A stretch of 64,000 nucleotides of DNA from Bacteroidota bacterium (lineage in GTDB: Bacteria > Bacteroidota > Bacteroidia > Chitinophagales > Saprospiraceae): contig PZPC01000021.1 in NCBI GenBank assembly GCA_003045895.1, forward strand, positions 2,142 through 66,141. Reading direction: 5' to 3'. Position numbers and translations under genes: made by a program. Numbering within the stretch: position 1 is the first letter of the stretch; every line of letters starts with the position of its first letter. The notes beneath the pieces were generated by a model. That model did no database searches. It saw only the letters and a list, made by a program, of their open reading frames with translations, and was not told the origin of the DNA. This document shows, in pieces, positions 53,806-62,950 of this stretch.

Positions 53806-55377
53806 TTACTGCTTCACTACCTTCCAGATGCCCTGGTATGCACCTACGTCTATGCGCAGCAGGTAGGTACCCGCGGGCAGGGCACTGATATCCAGCTGTG
53901 TGGTCCAGCGATTCCCGTTTTTTTGCGACTGCTCGCTGAGCAGCGTACGCTGGGTGAGGTCCAGGATTTGCACCAGGAGTTTACCTTGCCAGGAACCGTT
54001 TAACTCCAGTTGCAGCAAGTCACTTGCCGGATTGGGTGACAGTCGGAGGGCTGTCGCCGGAATCCGTTGCTCGTCTACGCCCACCACGCTGGTATTGATC
54101 TCCAGCACATTGCTGTAAGTCGAGATTTCTGCTTCGTTGTAGGCCAATATCCGGTAGCGGTAAATTTCGTCCAGGACCAGATTTTCTTCCACAAAGGTCA
54201 GGGTATTCGCGGGTAGGTCGGCCCGTATCTCAAATGCCGTGCTGCCGGGCGGAATCCACTCCAGCCGGAAGCCGGTTTCATCGGGCGAATTGTGGCTCCA
54301 GGACAGCTGGTAGCTGCTGGCGTCCAGCTGGGTGGCAGTCAGGTTGATGGGGCTAGCCAAGCCGCTACAGTTGGTAGCAATCTCGTTGGCCGTACCCTGG
54401 CGTACGGTGGGCAGCAGCGGGTAGAACGCATCGCCCGGGCAAGCCGTACTGCACCCGTCGCGGTGGCCAGAGATGTTCTTTAGGTTCAGGCCGGAACTGG
54501 GGTGGAAAGCGCTGCCCAGCGGATCAACACCACTGTCGCAAGCCTTCCAGGCCAGCAGGCGCTGCAGGTTGGTAATGGCATCTTCGGTGGGCGTAACGTT
54601 CGTGAAATCGCCCATGACGCAAACGCCCATGGTATTGCCATTCTTCCCGCAAAAGTGTGCGCCCAGGATATTGTTGCCCCGGCCTTCGTACACGACCCCA
54701 TTGGGATCCACGAGGTAGTTGTAACCGATGTCGGACCAGCCGTTGCCGTTTACGTGGTAATCCCAAATGGAACGCACTACGGCCGCCCAGTTGGCAGACG
54801 TATTGCTGCCCGCCGAATGGTGGACAATCAGGTGGGTTACCACCGTAGTAGTCGGTGAAGGATTCTCCGGGCAGTCGCCAGCGGGGCACCAGGCGCTACG
54901 GAGGGTGACTGTTGGTTGGGCGCAGGGGCAGGCGAGTGGTTCATTGACCGGGGTCGGTGACACCACCGCAGCGGCAACACCCTCGCCAGGCGTGTAAAAA
55001 TGCAGGATAGCACTTTGTGTTCGGTTACCGTGGCTGTTGATCCGCAGTTGGTAATACCGGTAGGTGGGTTCACCAAACTGAAGTTCGGTAATACCCTTTT
55101 CGTCATTGTGCTCATCGCGGAGCATGGCCTGCCAATCGGTCCAGCGCTTGCCGTCGGCAGAGAACCGCATAGCTGGAGCCAGGTCGCCGGTCGGCCATTC
55201 GATAAAGAAAGAAAAGAAAGGCGTTTTTTGGTCAAACGGCACGGTACCAGACTGGACAAAGGTGCTTTCCCCACGGGAAAGATCAAGCGCTACCGTGGTG
55301 CGTTGAGACTGCTGTGCCAGCAGAGATGACCCGTTCCACAACAGAAGAATAAATAGCAAAGAAAAAAATAGCCGCAT
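53806..55377 (-). CDS. N-acetylmuramoyl-L-alanine amidase (Amidase_2/PGRP type) with Fn3-like domain and T9SS C-terminal sorting domain
   Basis: 523 aa. It has HLIVHHSAG, GWSDIGYNYLVDPNGVVYEGRG, HRDGCSTACPG, and a Por-type tail (LRLSPNPASDLLQLEL...WKVVKQ). Confidence 0.85.
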   Translation of the reverse strand: MRLFFSLLFILLLWNGSSLLAQQSQRTTVALDLSRGESTFVQSGTVPFDQKTPFFSFFIEWPTGDLAPAMRFSADGKRWTDWQAMLRDEHNDEKGITELQFGEPTYRYYQLRINSHGNRTQSAILHFYTPGEGVAAAVVSPTPVNEPLACPCAQPTVTLRSAWCPAGDCPENPSPTTTVVTHLIVHHSAGSNTSANWAAVVRSIWDYHVNGNGWSDIGYNYLVDPNGVVYEGRGNNILGAHFCGKNGNTMGVCVMGDFTNVTPTEDAITNLQRLLAWKACDSGVDPLGSAFHPSSGLNLKNISGHRDGCSTACPGDAFYPLLPTVRQGTANEIATNCSGLASPINLTATQLDASSYQLSWSHNSPDETGFRLEWIPPGSTAFEIRADLPANTLTFVEENLVLDEIYRYRILAYNEAEISTYSNVLEINTSVVGVDEQRIPATALRLSPNPASDLLQLELNGSWQGKLLVQILDLTQRTLLSEQSQKNGNRWTTQLDISALPAGTYLLRIDVGAYQGIWKVVKQ

Positions 55378-55672
55378 AGCTTAAATTTTTGAGTTGGATG
55401 ATCTTACCCGTAATCGATTAAAAAATCAACTGCTGTCTTTAAAACAGTAAAATAAGTGATTAGGCCCACGCAAAATGACTATTATTTCTTTTCACAAGAC
55501 TTAATCTGTGATTATCAGGGACTAATGTTTGCGCCTGTCAGTTGGGCGACGTAATTTTGAATTTGTAATATCTTAAATCATGGTAGCTTTGTTTTAGCGT
55601 GTCTTGATTTACATAAAATCCTACCCACAACCACCTTCCCTTTTCAAAGATCCAACTTGCTTTAAATGAGGT

Positions 55673-57628
55673 ATGAAAAAAAACGACGATCCCGGTCTTT
55701 CCTTTAACTGGCGAATATTCACCATTGCCGGCCTATTCATCGCCGTGACCCTTCTTTTCAGCGCCGATATCCAGGCTACCCGAAACGAGCAGACCTTTCA
55801 CACAACTGAAGAATTTGCTTTCTTCACGACGCTGACCGACTCTCTGCCCCGTGGCTATAACGGCTTGTTTGCGGGTTCAGGTATGTGCGTGCAATGCCAC
55901 GGCTTCGACACCGCCATGGTTGCCAGCATCGATCCGCTCGGCAACGACATCAATCTGGTCGACGACTGGCGCGCTACCCTCATGGCCAACTCCGCGAAGG
56001 ACCCTTTCTGGCGGGCCAAGGTCAGTCACGAAGTTCTCGTCTACCCACAGCACCAGGCTGCTATCGAAACAAAATGCACGTCCTGCCATGCACCGCTGGG
56101 GCATTTCGCCGCTTTTCACCAGGGGGCTACCACCTATAGCATGGCGGAAATGTTCCGGGACAGCATCGCCCAGGACGGGGTTTCCTGCCTGGCTTGCCAC
56201 CAGCAATCTGCTACCGACATCGGGAACCGCCATTCGGGCAACCTCCTCTTCGATACTGCCCGGGTTGCCTATGGGCCATTCACTTCGCCCCTCTCCTCAC
56301 CCATGCTCAACGCTACCCAGTACGAACCCCTGTTTAGTGAACACATCAGCGATGGCGGATTGTGTGCAGGTTGCCACACCCTCATCACGGAAACCATCGA
56401 CCTCGACGGCAACTTCACGGGTGCCACCTTCGTGGAACAGGCCACCTACCACGAATGGGTCAACTCCGATTACGAACGCAATAGCATCAGCTGCCAATCG
56501 TGCCATATGCCCGTCATTACCAAGGGTGCATTTTACCTGGCTGCCGGTATCGAGACGCCGCCCCGCGACCGCTTCTTTACCCACGAGCTGGCTGGCGCCA
56601 ACGTGAGCATGCTGAAGCTGATGCGCGACAACAGCGCAGCCCTGCAAATTTCAGCTACCCCCCAGGATTTTGACAATGTCATTGCTGCTACCGAAAACAT
56701 GCTCCGCTTCCGTACGCTGGACGTGGCGCTCACGGAATTGGAGCGCACCCCCGACACCGCTTTCGTTGCCCTGCGCCTGACCAACAAAGCGGGCCACAAA
56801 TTCCCCTCCGGCTATCCGGCCCGCCGTGCTTTTGTGAGCCTGGTTGTCGCCAATGCCACTGGCGACACCCTCTTCCACTCGGGGGCCATGGACAACAACT
56901 TCGAGGTCATCGGCCACAATCCTACCTTTGAACCCCACTACGCCACTATCCGCGCCAGCGACGAAGTCCAGATCTACGAACAAGTGCTGGGCGACGTGAA
57001 CGGCCAGGTGACTACCGTACTCACCCGGGCAGCTTTTGCCCTGAAGGACAACCGCCTGCCTCCCAAAGGATTCAGCAGGGACCACCTGGTATACGACACT
57101 ACCCAGATTGCCGGGCAAGCCCTCCTGGATACGGACTTCAACGAAAATGAGCTGGGCGAAGGCACCGGCTCCGACGTGGTCTATTACCACATCCCCACCC
57201 AGGGCTTCCTCGGTGAATTATCCCTGACCGCAACCGTCTACTACCAGTCGATGCCCCCCAAATGGATGGCGCCGATGCTGGCAGAAAGCACCCCGGACAT
57301 CGACCGCTTCCGACCCATGTTCAACGCCACCAACCGCCAACCCAGTCTGGTGGGCACCGCCGATCTTACCCTGAGCAGCCTGGTAGGTACGTCAAATCCC
57401 CAACCCGCACTGGAAGCCAGTATTCGGGTGCTGGGTAGCCAACAATTACAGATTTCCTGCCCGGCAGCAACAGAAATGACGATTTACAATTATTTTGGCC
57501 AAATTTTGCAACGACAACAGCTCGTGGCCGGTTTAAATAACATTGCACTGAACTGGAGCCAACAACTCGTCATTGTCCATTTAAGGCAGGGCAACCGTAC
57601 CTTTGCCCGAACTTGCTGGCTGCCGTAA
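55673..57628 (+). CDS. Multihaem c-type cytochrome (five CxxCH sites)
   Basis: 651 aa with an N-terminal signal/anchor. The haem sites are CVQCH, CTSCH, CLACH, CAGCH and CQSCH. The C-terminal 70 aa or so are beta-rich and loosely resemble a T9SS tail. Confidence 0.8.
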   Translation: MKKNDDPGLSFNWRIFTIAGLFIAVTLLFSADIQATRNEQTFHTTEEFAFFTTLTDSLPRGYNGLFAGSGMCVQCHGFDTAMVASIDPLGNDINLVDDWRATLMANSAKDPFWRAKVSHEVLVYPQHQAAIETKCTSCHAPLGHFAAFHQGATTYSMAEMFRDSIAQDGVSCLACHQQSATDIGNRHSGNLLFDTARVAYGPFTSPLSSPMLNATQYEPLFSEHISDGGLCAGCHTLITETIDLDGNFTGATFVEQATYHEWVNSDYERNSISCQSCHMPVITKGAFYLAAGIETPPRDRFFTHELAGANVSMLKLMRDNSAALQISATPQDFDNVIAATENMLRFRTLDVALTELERTPDTAFVALRLTNKAGHKFPSGYPARRAFVSLVVANATGDTLFHSGAMDNNFEVIGHNPTFEPHYATIRASDEVQIYEQVLGDVNGQVTTVLTRAAFALKDNRLPPKGFSRDHLVYDTTQIAGQALLDTDFNENELGEGTGSDVVYYHIPTQGFLGELSLTATVYYQSMPPKWMAPMLAESTPDIDRFRPMFNATNRQPSLVGTADLTLSSLVGTSNPQPALEASIRVLGSQQLQISCPAATEMTIYNYFGQILQRQQLVAGLNNIALNWSQQLVIVHLRQGNRTFARTCWLP

Positions 57629-57684
57629 AAGCAACTCAACTATCTTCAACCATTTTCTTCTGTTTTTTTTGTAAAACTCATGCA

Positions 57685-60426
57685 ATGAAGAACCATTTAC
57701 TTCTTAATTTTTTCCTGATCTTAGCCATTGGAGGTAGCCTCCTGGCTCAGCCGGTCAGTTTTACCAACCGTAGCAACCTGCTGGCTAATATTGGTGGCTC
57801 CACCAACGACTGTGCCGTGGACATGAACGGCGACTTCCTCGACGACGTCGTGCGGGTACAGAATAACGGAATCAATATCGATTACCAGAAAAGCGATGGC
57901 ACCTTCATCCACCAGTTCATGCCTGTAGCTTTGGGCAATTCGCCGAACTGGAGTATTTGTGCAGGTGATTTGGACGAAAATGGTTTCAACGACCTCCTCT
58001 TCGGTGGTGGCAACGCCGTTTCCTTCGTGATGGCCAACGCCGATGGGACCGCCTACGAAGAGCATATGATCAACGACTACATCTTCTCCCAGCGCTCTAC
58101 CCTATTCGACATCGACAACGACGGCGATCTCGATGCCTTCGTCTGCCACGACGTCGACCTCAGCCACCCCTACCGCAATGATGGGGCCGGCAATATGGTG
58201 GAAGACCAGGACCTGATCCACACCATCAACCTACCTGGCAACTACGCCAACATCTGGGTAGATTACGACAACGACGGCTACACCGACCTCTACCTCACCA
58301 AGTGCCGGGGTGGCGCCTCTCCCGGGAATCCGGCCCGTACCAACGCCATGTACCACAACAACGGCGACGGAACCTTCACGGAGGTGGCCGCCGAGATCAA
58401 TATGGCCGACAACGCACAGTCGTGGGCGACGGTCTTCGAAGATTTCGACAACGATGGCGATTTCGATGCGTTCATCGTCAACCACGATTTCCAAAACCGC
58501 TTCATGCTCAACGATGGTACGGGCGTTTTCACCGATACCATTGCATCCACCGGCATCCCGCCCCTCAATCTCGGCGCCTGGGAAAATGCTTCCGGCGACT
58601 TCAACAACGACGGTTTTATCGACATCTTCTCCGAACTGGCCAACCACCTCTACCGGAATAACGGCGACCTGACCTTTACGGGGCAGACGCTTCCTTTTGA
58701 CGAAGGTGGCATTGGCGACTTCAACAACGATGGCTTCCTGGACGTTATCAACGGCAGCAACCTCTGGATCAACAATGGCAACGACAACAATTGGGTGAAG
58801 ATCAACCCCCAGGGTATAATTTCCAATCGCAATGCCATTGGTGCCCGTATCCAGATCTACGGCGCCTGGGGCATGCAAATGCGGGAAGTTCGCGCCGGGC
58901 AGAGCTTCAGCCCCATGAGCAGCCTGTGTACCCACTTCGGCCTGGGTACCGCTACGGCTATCGATAGCCTGGTGATCAAATGGCCCTCCGGTATCCGGAC
59001 CGTCATTGAAAACCCCGCTGTCAACACCATGCACAACATCTCGGAAATCAGCTGTACCCTGGACGCCGCTACCATTGGCGTAATAGGTGATTTGAATATC
59101 TGTGCCGGCGAAACGGTGCAATTATTGGCCCCTGCTGGTTTTGAGAACATCCTTTGGTCTACCGGTGTATCCAATCCCAGCCTGGAGGTTTCTACCCCGG
59201 GCACCTACGGACTGACGCTGATCGATGGCAACAACTGTGCTGCCATCGCGACCCCCGTAACGGTCAGCCTCGTGGAAGATGTTCTACCTACTATTTCCAT
59301 CGACGGTGACCTCGCATTCTGTGCCGGTTCTGCCGTTCGGCTGAGCACCAATAGTAACGCCAACCCCGTTTGGTCTACCGGCGAAAGCGGTGCTGCCATC
59401 AACGTAACCGAAACGGGCTTGTACAATGTCAGTGTAGAAGCTTTGTGCGCAGCAGGCACCCTGACCGCCGCAGCGTCGGTGTACGTGGAAGTATTCACGG
59501 TACCCGCACCCGTAGTGGAAAGTGTAGAAGTTGACCCCACTGGCGTTGCCCTCCTGGTGGCCAGCGGCGAAAACCTGCAGTGGTACGCCGCCGAGACCGG
59601 TGGCGCCCCCCTGGGTGAAGGTGCTACGTATACCACCGAACCACTGACCGAAGATGTTACCCTCTACGTGGAAGCCAGCCAGATCTTTGGTGGCGAACTG
59701 CTGGCCGGTGGAAAACTGCTGGCCGAAGGACCGGGTGGTGTTCCCTCGGTGGGCGCGTACAGTTTCTTTGACGCCTACGAACTTTTCACCATCCTGACGG
59801 TCGACGTGCTTGTACCCGAAGGGCAGGCAGAAGGTATCCGTACCATTCAGCTGTTCGATGGCGCCGACAACCTGCTCAATTCTGCGGAAGTAGAACTGGT
59901 CACCGGCCTGCAAACGATTGAACTCAACTTCGAGGTTCCCGAAGGTACCGAATACTCGCTGCGCTGTGTAGAGAACAACCTCTTCCGCAACAACGGCGAC
60001 GTCAGCTACCCGTATCCCATCGGAGACGTGGGGGCACTTACCACCTCCCTCTACGGTGACGGTTACTATTATTACTTCTACAACTGGCAGGTAGAAACAC
60101 CAGCCTTCCCGTGTGTATCACCGCGCGTACCCGTAGAAGTGGTCATCGTTGACGTGGCCGAAATTCCGGAAATCGCCGAAATGCGCCTCTTCCCGAACCC
60201 GGCGCCAACGACCCTCAACGTAGCCCTGGTACTGGTAGAAAAAGCCGATCTGCAACTGACCCTGTCCAACGCCCTCGGCCAGCAAGTGTTCCAGCAGCAA
60301 CTGGTAGTCGCTGCAGCAGGCTTGCGTACCCAGGATATCGATGTCAGTCAGCTCCCCGCCGGTGTATACCAACTGCAGGTGCGCCTGGGTGACCGCATCG
60401 CTACCCGTAAAGTAGTAGTCGAGTAA
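57685..60426 (+). CDS. CRTAC1-like FG-GAP/VCBS repeat protein with ASPIC/UnbV domain, Ig-like repeats and T9SS C-terminal sorting domain
   Basis: I moved the start to ATG 57685 (MKNHLLLNFFLILAIGGSLLAQ). It has repeated D-x-D/N-x-D-G-x-x-D calcium-type FG-GAP units (FDIDNDGDLD, VDYDNDGYTD, EDFDNDGDFD, GDFNNDGFID/LD), an UnbV-like segment (NAIGARIQIYGAWGMQMREVRAGQSF) and the tail MRLFPNPAPTTLNVAL...RKVVVE. Confidence 0.85.
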   Translation: MKNHLLLNFFLILAIGGSLLAQPVSFTNRSNLLANIGGSTNDCAVDMNGDFLDDVVRVQNNGINIDYQKSDGTFIHQFMPVALGNSPNWSICAGDLDENGFNDLLFGGGNAVSFVMANADGTAYEEHMINDYIFSQRSTLFDIDNDGDLDAFVCHDVDLSHPYRNDGAGNMVEDQDLIHTINLPGNYANIWVDYDNDGYTDLYLTKCRGGASPGNPARTNAMYHNNGDGTFTEVAAEINMADNAQSWATVFEDFDNDGDFDAFIVNHDFQNRFMLNDGTGVFTDTIASTGIPPLNLGAWENASGDFNNDGFIDIFSELANHLYRNNGDLTFTGQTLPFDEGGIGDFNNDGFLDVINGSNLWINNGNDNNWVKINPQGIISNRNAIGARIQIYGAWGMQMREVRAGQSFSPMSSLCTHFGLGTATAIDSLVIKWPSGIRTVIENPAVNTMHNISEISCTLDAATIGVIGDLNICAGETVQLLAPAGFENILWSTGVSNPSLEVSTPGTYGLTLIDGNNCAAIATPVTVSLVEDVLPTISIDGDLAFCAGSAVRLSTNSNANPVWSTGESGAAINVTETGLYNVSVEALCAAGTLTAAASVYVEVFTVPAPVVESVEVDPTGVALLVASGENLQWYAAETGGAPLGEGATYTTEPLTEDVTLYVEASQIFGGELLAGGKLLAEGPGGVPSVGAYSFFDAYELFTILTVDVLVPEGQAEGIRTIQLFDGADNLLNSAEVELVTGLQTIELNFEVPEGTEYSLRCVENNLFRNNGDVSYPYPIGDVGALTTSLYGDGYYYYFYNWQVETPAFPCVSPRVPVEVVIVDVAEIPEIAEMRLFPNPAPTTLNVALVLVEKADLQLTLSNALGQQVFQQQLVVAAAGLRTQDIDVSQLPAGVYQLQVRLGDRIATRKVVVE

Positions 60427-60473
60427 CCTTTCCCTGGAGTAGACCAGGCCAAGGAATAAAAGACAAAAAAAAG

Positions 60474-60517
60474 CCGCCCGGACACTTGGTCCGGGCGGCT
60501 TTTTTTTATCCTCCCCC
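60474..60517. terminator. Bidirectional rho-independent terminator
   Basis: aaaaaaa-agccgcccgga-cacttgg-tccgggcggct-tttttttt is an 11-bp GC-rich stem flanked by A and T runs. It lies between the convergent CRTAC1-like and GH13 genes. Confidence 0.85.
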
Positions 60518-60534
60518 TCCTGGGTCTGCAACGG

Positions 60535-62382
60535 CTACTTCACCTCCAGCACCAGGGTAGCCCGCCCGGGCAGCGCCAGGGTTCCGCTCAGTGGGTAGGT
60601 TTTTCCCGTTAGCACATCCTTGCCCGTTTTCATCCCGTGGAGCAACTCCGCGTAGGGTGTCAGGTCCAGGTCGGTAGCGGTTTTGTTTTTATTGAAGATC
60701 ACCATTACCTTTTGCGCCGTATCGTAGCGAAAGTAGACGTAGCTACCGTTCTGCGGCAGGAAATGGGTCAGCTTACCGGTATGTACGGCCGTAGCGGTTT
60801 GGCGCCAGTGCAACAATTGGCGGACAAAATCTTTGGCGGCTTGCTGCTCTTTGGTAAGGCCAGCCCCCGTAAAGGCATTTACTTGGTCACCGGCCCAGCC
60901 GCCGGGAAAATCGGCACGGATATCGCCGTGATCGGCGCTCGCCGGATTGCTCATGAGCACTTCTGTACCGTAGTACAACTGCGGAATACCGCGGATGGTC
61001 AGGAAGTAGACAATGGCCATCCTGAACAAGTCCTGGTCTTCGCCCACCTGGGCGTAGATGCGACTCATGTCGTGGTTATCGGGAAAAACAACCAGGTCGT
61101 CGGGTGCGGCGTAGAGGAAATCCATGGCCAACATCTCGTAAGCCGTGATCCACCCCGCCTTGAAAGCTTCATCTTCATTCAAAGCCCTGACCACGGCCTG
61201 CTGCAAGGGGAAATCCATTAGGCTGGGCAGGTAAGAGGTGTAACCGTTGGCATTTTGCTTGCCGCGTTGCCAGTAGGCCACAATGGCCGGGTTCTCAAAC
61301 CACTCCTCCCCGACGATGTTCAGGAGCGGATATTCGGCCATCACTTCTTTGGTCCATTCGGCCATAAAATTTTCGTCGGGATAGGGATAAGTATCCATGC
61401 GAATGCCCGCCAGGCCCAGGTATTCCACCCACCAAACCGTATTCTGAATCAGGTATTTGGCCAGCAGGGGGTTGCGTTGGTTCAGGTCGGGCATGGTGGG
61501 TACAAACCAGCCATCGCTGAATATTTGCCGGTCGATAGCCGCCGCGTGGGGATCTTGCAACACGGTCTTGCGATGATTGGTCTGGGTGTAGGTCGGGAAG
61601 GTATTGATCCAGTCGGGTGTCGGCAAGTCTTCCATCCACCAGTGCCGGAGGCCACAGTGGTTGACAATCATGTCCATGATCAACTTGATCCCCTTACTGC
61701 TGGCTTCGGCGGCCAGCTGCCGGTATTCTTCGTTGCTGCCGAAGCGCGGATCTACCCGGTAAAAATCGGTGGTTGAATAGCCGTGGTAGGAGTAATCTTC
61801 CATATCGTTTTCCAGCAGGGGGTTCACCCAGATGGCGGTAAACCCCATCTCCTTGATGTAGTCCAGGTGTTGGCGCATACCGGCAATATCGCCGCCGTGA
61901 CGGCCACCCCGCTTGTTTCGGTCGGGCTGTTCGCGCATGCCCGCCACCGCGTCGTTGCGGGGGTCACCGTTGGCAAAGCGATCGGGCGTGATGAGGTAGA
62001 GGGCATCGCTGTTGTCAAAGCCAACGCGCTGTTCAGCCGTTTGGGCCCGTGGCCAGATGGGCCAGGTTGTCGTTATGGTTTCCATCTCGTCTTTAAAGAA
62101 TAAAAACGGCACTTCTCCCGGTGCCACGTCGGGAGCCAGGAGTAGATCCACAAACAAGTAGTTGTTGTTGCTTACCCGAATGGTTCGTTCAATCGTCACG
62201 CCGGGATAGGAGGTAGCAGGTTGCCAGTCGCCCATATTATCACCATAAAAAAGAACTTGCACCCGGGGATTGTGCATCCCTACCCACCAGTTGGCAGGTT
62301 CGGTGCGGGCAATCAGGCCTTGGCCGGATAAATCAACTCCCAGGCTACAAAAGAGAAGGACGAATAGCAAAAATGATCTCAT
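60535..62382 (-). CDS. GH13 alpha-amylase-family enzyme (cyclomaltodextrinase/neopullulanase-like), secreted
   Basis: 615 aa with a signal peptide. GH13 regions are I DMIVNHCG, II GIRMDTYPY, III VGEEW and IV FPDNHD. Confidence 0.9.
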   Translation of the reverse strand: MRSFLLFVLLFCSLGVDLSGQGLIARTEPANWWVGMHNPRVQVLFYGDNMGDWQPATSYPGVTIERTIRVSNNNYLFVDLLLAPDVAPGEVPFLFFKDEMETITTTWPIWPRAQTAEQRVGFDNSDALYLITPDRFANGDPRNDAVAGMREQPDRNKRGGRHGGDIAGMRQHLDYIKEMGFTAIWVNPLLENDMEDYSYHGYSTTDFYRVDPRFGSNEEYRQLAAEASSKGIKLIMDMIVNHCGLRHWWMEDLPTPDWINTFPTYTQTNHRKTVLQDPHAAAIDRQIFSDGWFVPTMPDLNQRNPLLAKYLIQNTVWWVEYLGLAGIRMDTYPYPDENFMAEWTKEVMAEYPLLNIVGEEWFENPAIVAYWQRGKQNANGYTSYLPSLMDFPLQQAVVRALNEDEAFKAGWITAYEMLAMDFLYAAPDDLVVFPDNHDMSRIYAQVGEDQDLFRMAIVYFLTIRGIPQLYYGTEVLMSNPASADHGDIRADFPGGWAGDQVNAFTGAGLTKEQQAAKDFVRQLLHWRQTATAVHTGKLTHFLPQNGSYVYFRYDTAQKVMVIFNKNKTATDLDLTPYAELLHGMKTGKDVLTGKTYPLSGTLALPGRATLVLEVK

Positions 62383-62423
62383 TGTTTTTCGACTTTAGGA
62401 AGGAGAAATAGAATTATCCTGAA

Positions 62424-62939
62424 TTAGTCAGGTTCGTTCAGTGTATTCAAATCAAAATCATCGTACAAGCCCAAGGGTTGGTCCTGGCGCCATTTTACCA
62501 GGTAGGCAATCTGGCCGGTGTGGTAAGAGAGGTGCTCCACCACGTGCAACACCACGCCCAGGCCCGAAAATTCAAAACCCTGCACTTTGCGCACGCGCAA
62601 CATTTCCCCGGCCGGGCAGGCCGCGATGGCTGCACAAGCCTGCGAGATGGTCGTATCCAACAATTCCCAGGCTTCCGCTTTACGGAAACCGTCCGTGGCC
62701 GCAAACTCGGCAGCGCGCTGGCGGGTGTCGGGCTGGTTGGCCAGGGAGGAGAGGATGTACTGACCGATATTGCCAGCAAGATGCAACAAGAGATTCCCTA
62801 CACTGTTGGACGACGCATTGGGGCGCCACCACAACTCGGTTTCGTCGAGTTGGTGAAGACATTTGGCAATATGCGTCCGCTTCTCTTCCATGCGGAAGAT
62901 GGCCTGTGCTTTGAATTCCCGGTGGTAAGCTGGATCCAT
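62424..62939 (-). CDS. DinB-family (DUF1572-like) protein
   Basis: 171 aa four-helix-bundle pattern with conserved His residues (LLLHLAGN..., VVEHLSYHTGQI). Confidence 0.7.
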   Translation of the reverse strand: MDPAYHREFKAQAIFRMEEKRTHIAKCLHQLDETELWWRPNASSNSVGNLLLHLAGNIGQYILSSLANQPDTRQRAAEFAATDGFRKAEAWELLDTTISQACAAIAACPAGEMLRVRKVQGFEFSGLGVVLHVVEHLSYHTGQIAYLVKWRQDQPLGLYDDFDLNTLNEPD

Positions 62940-62950
62940 TCTATTCTAAC

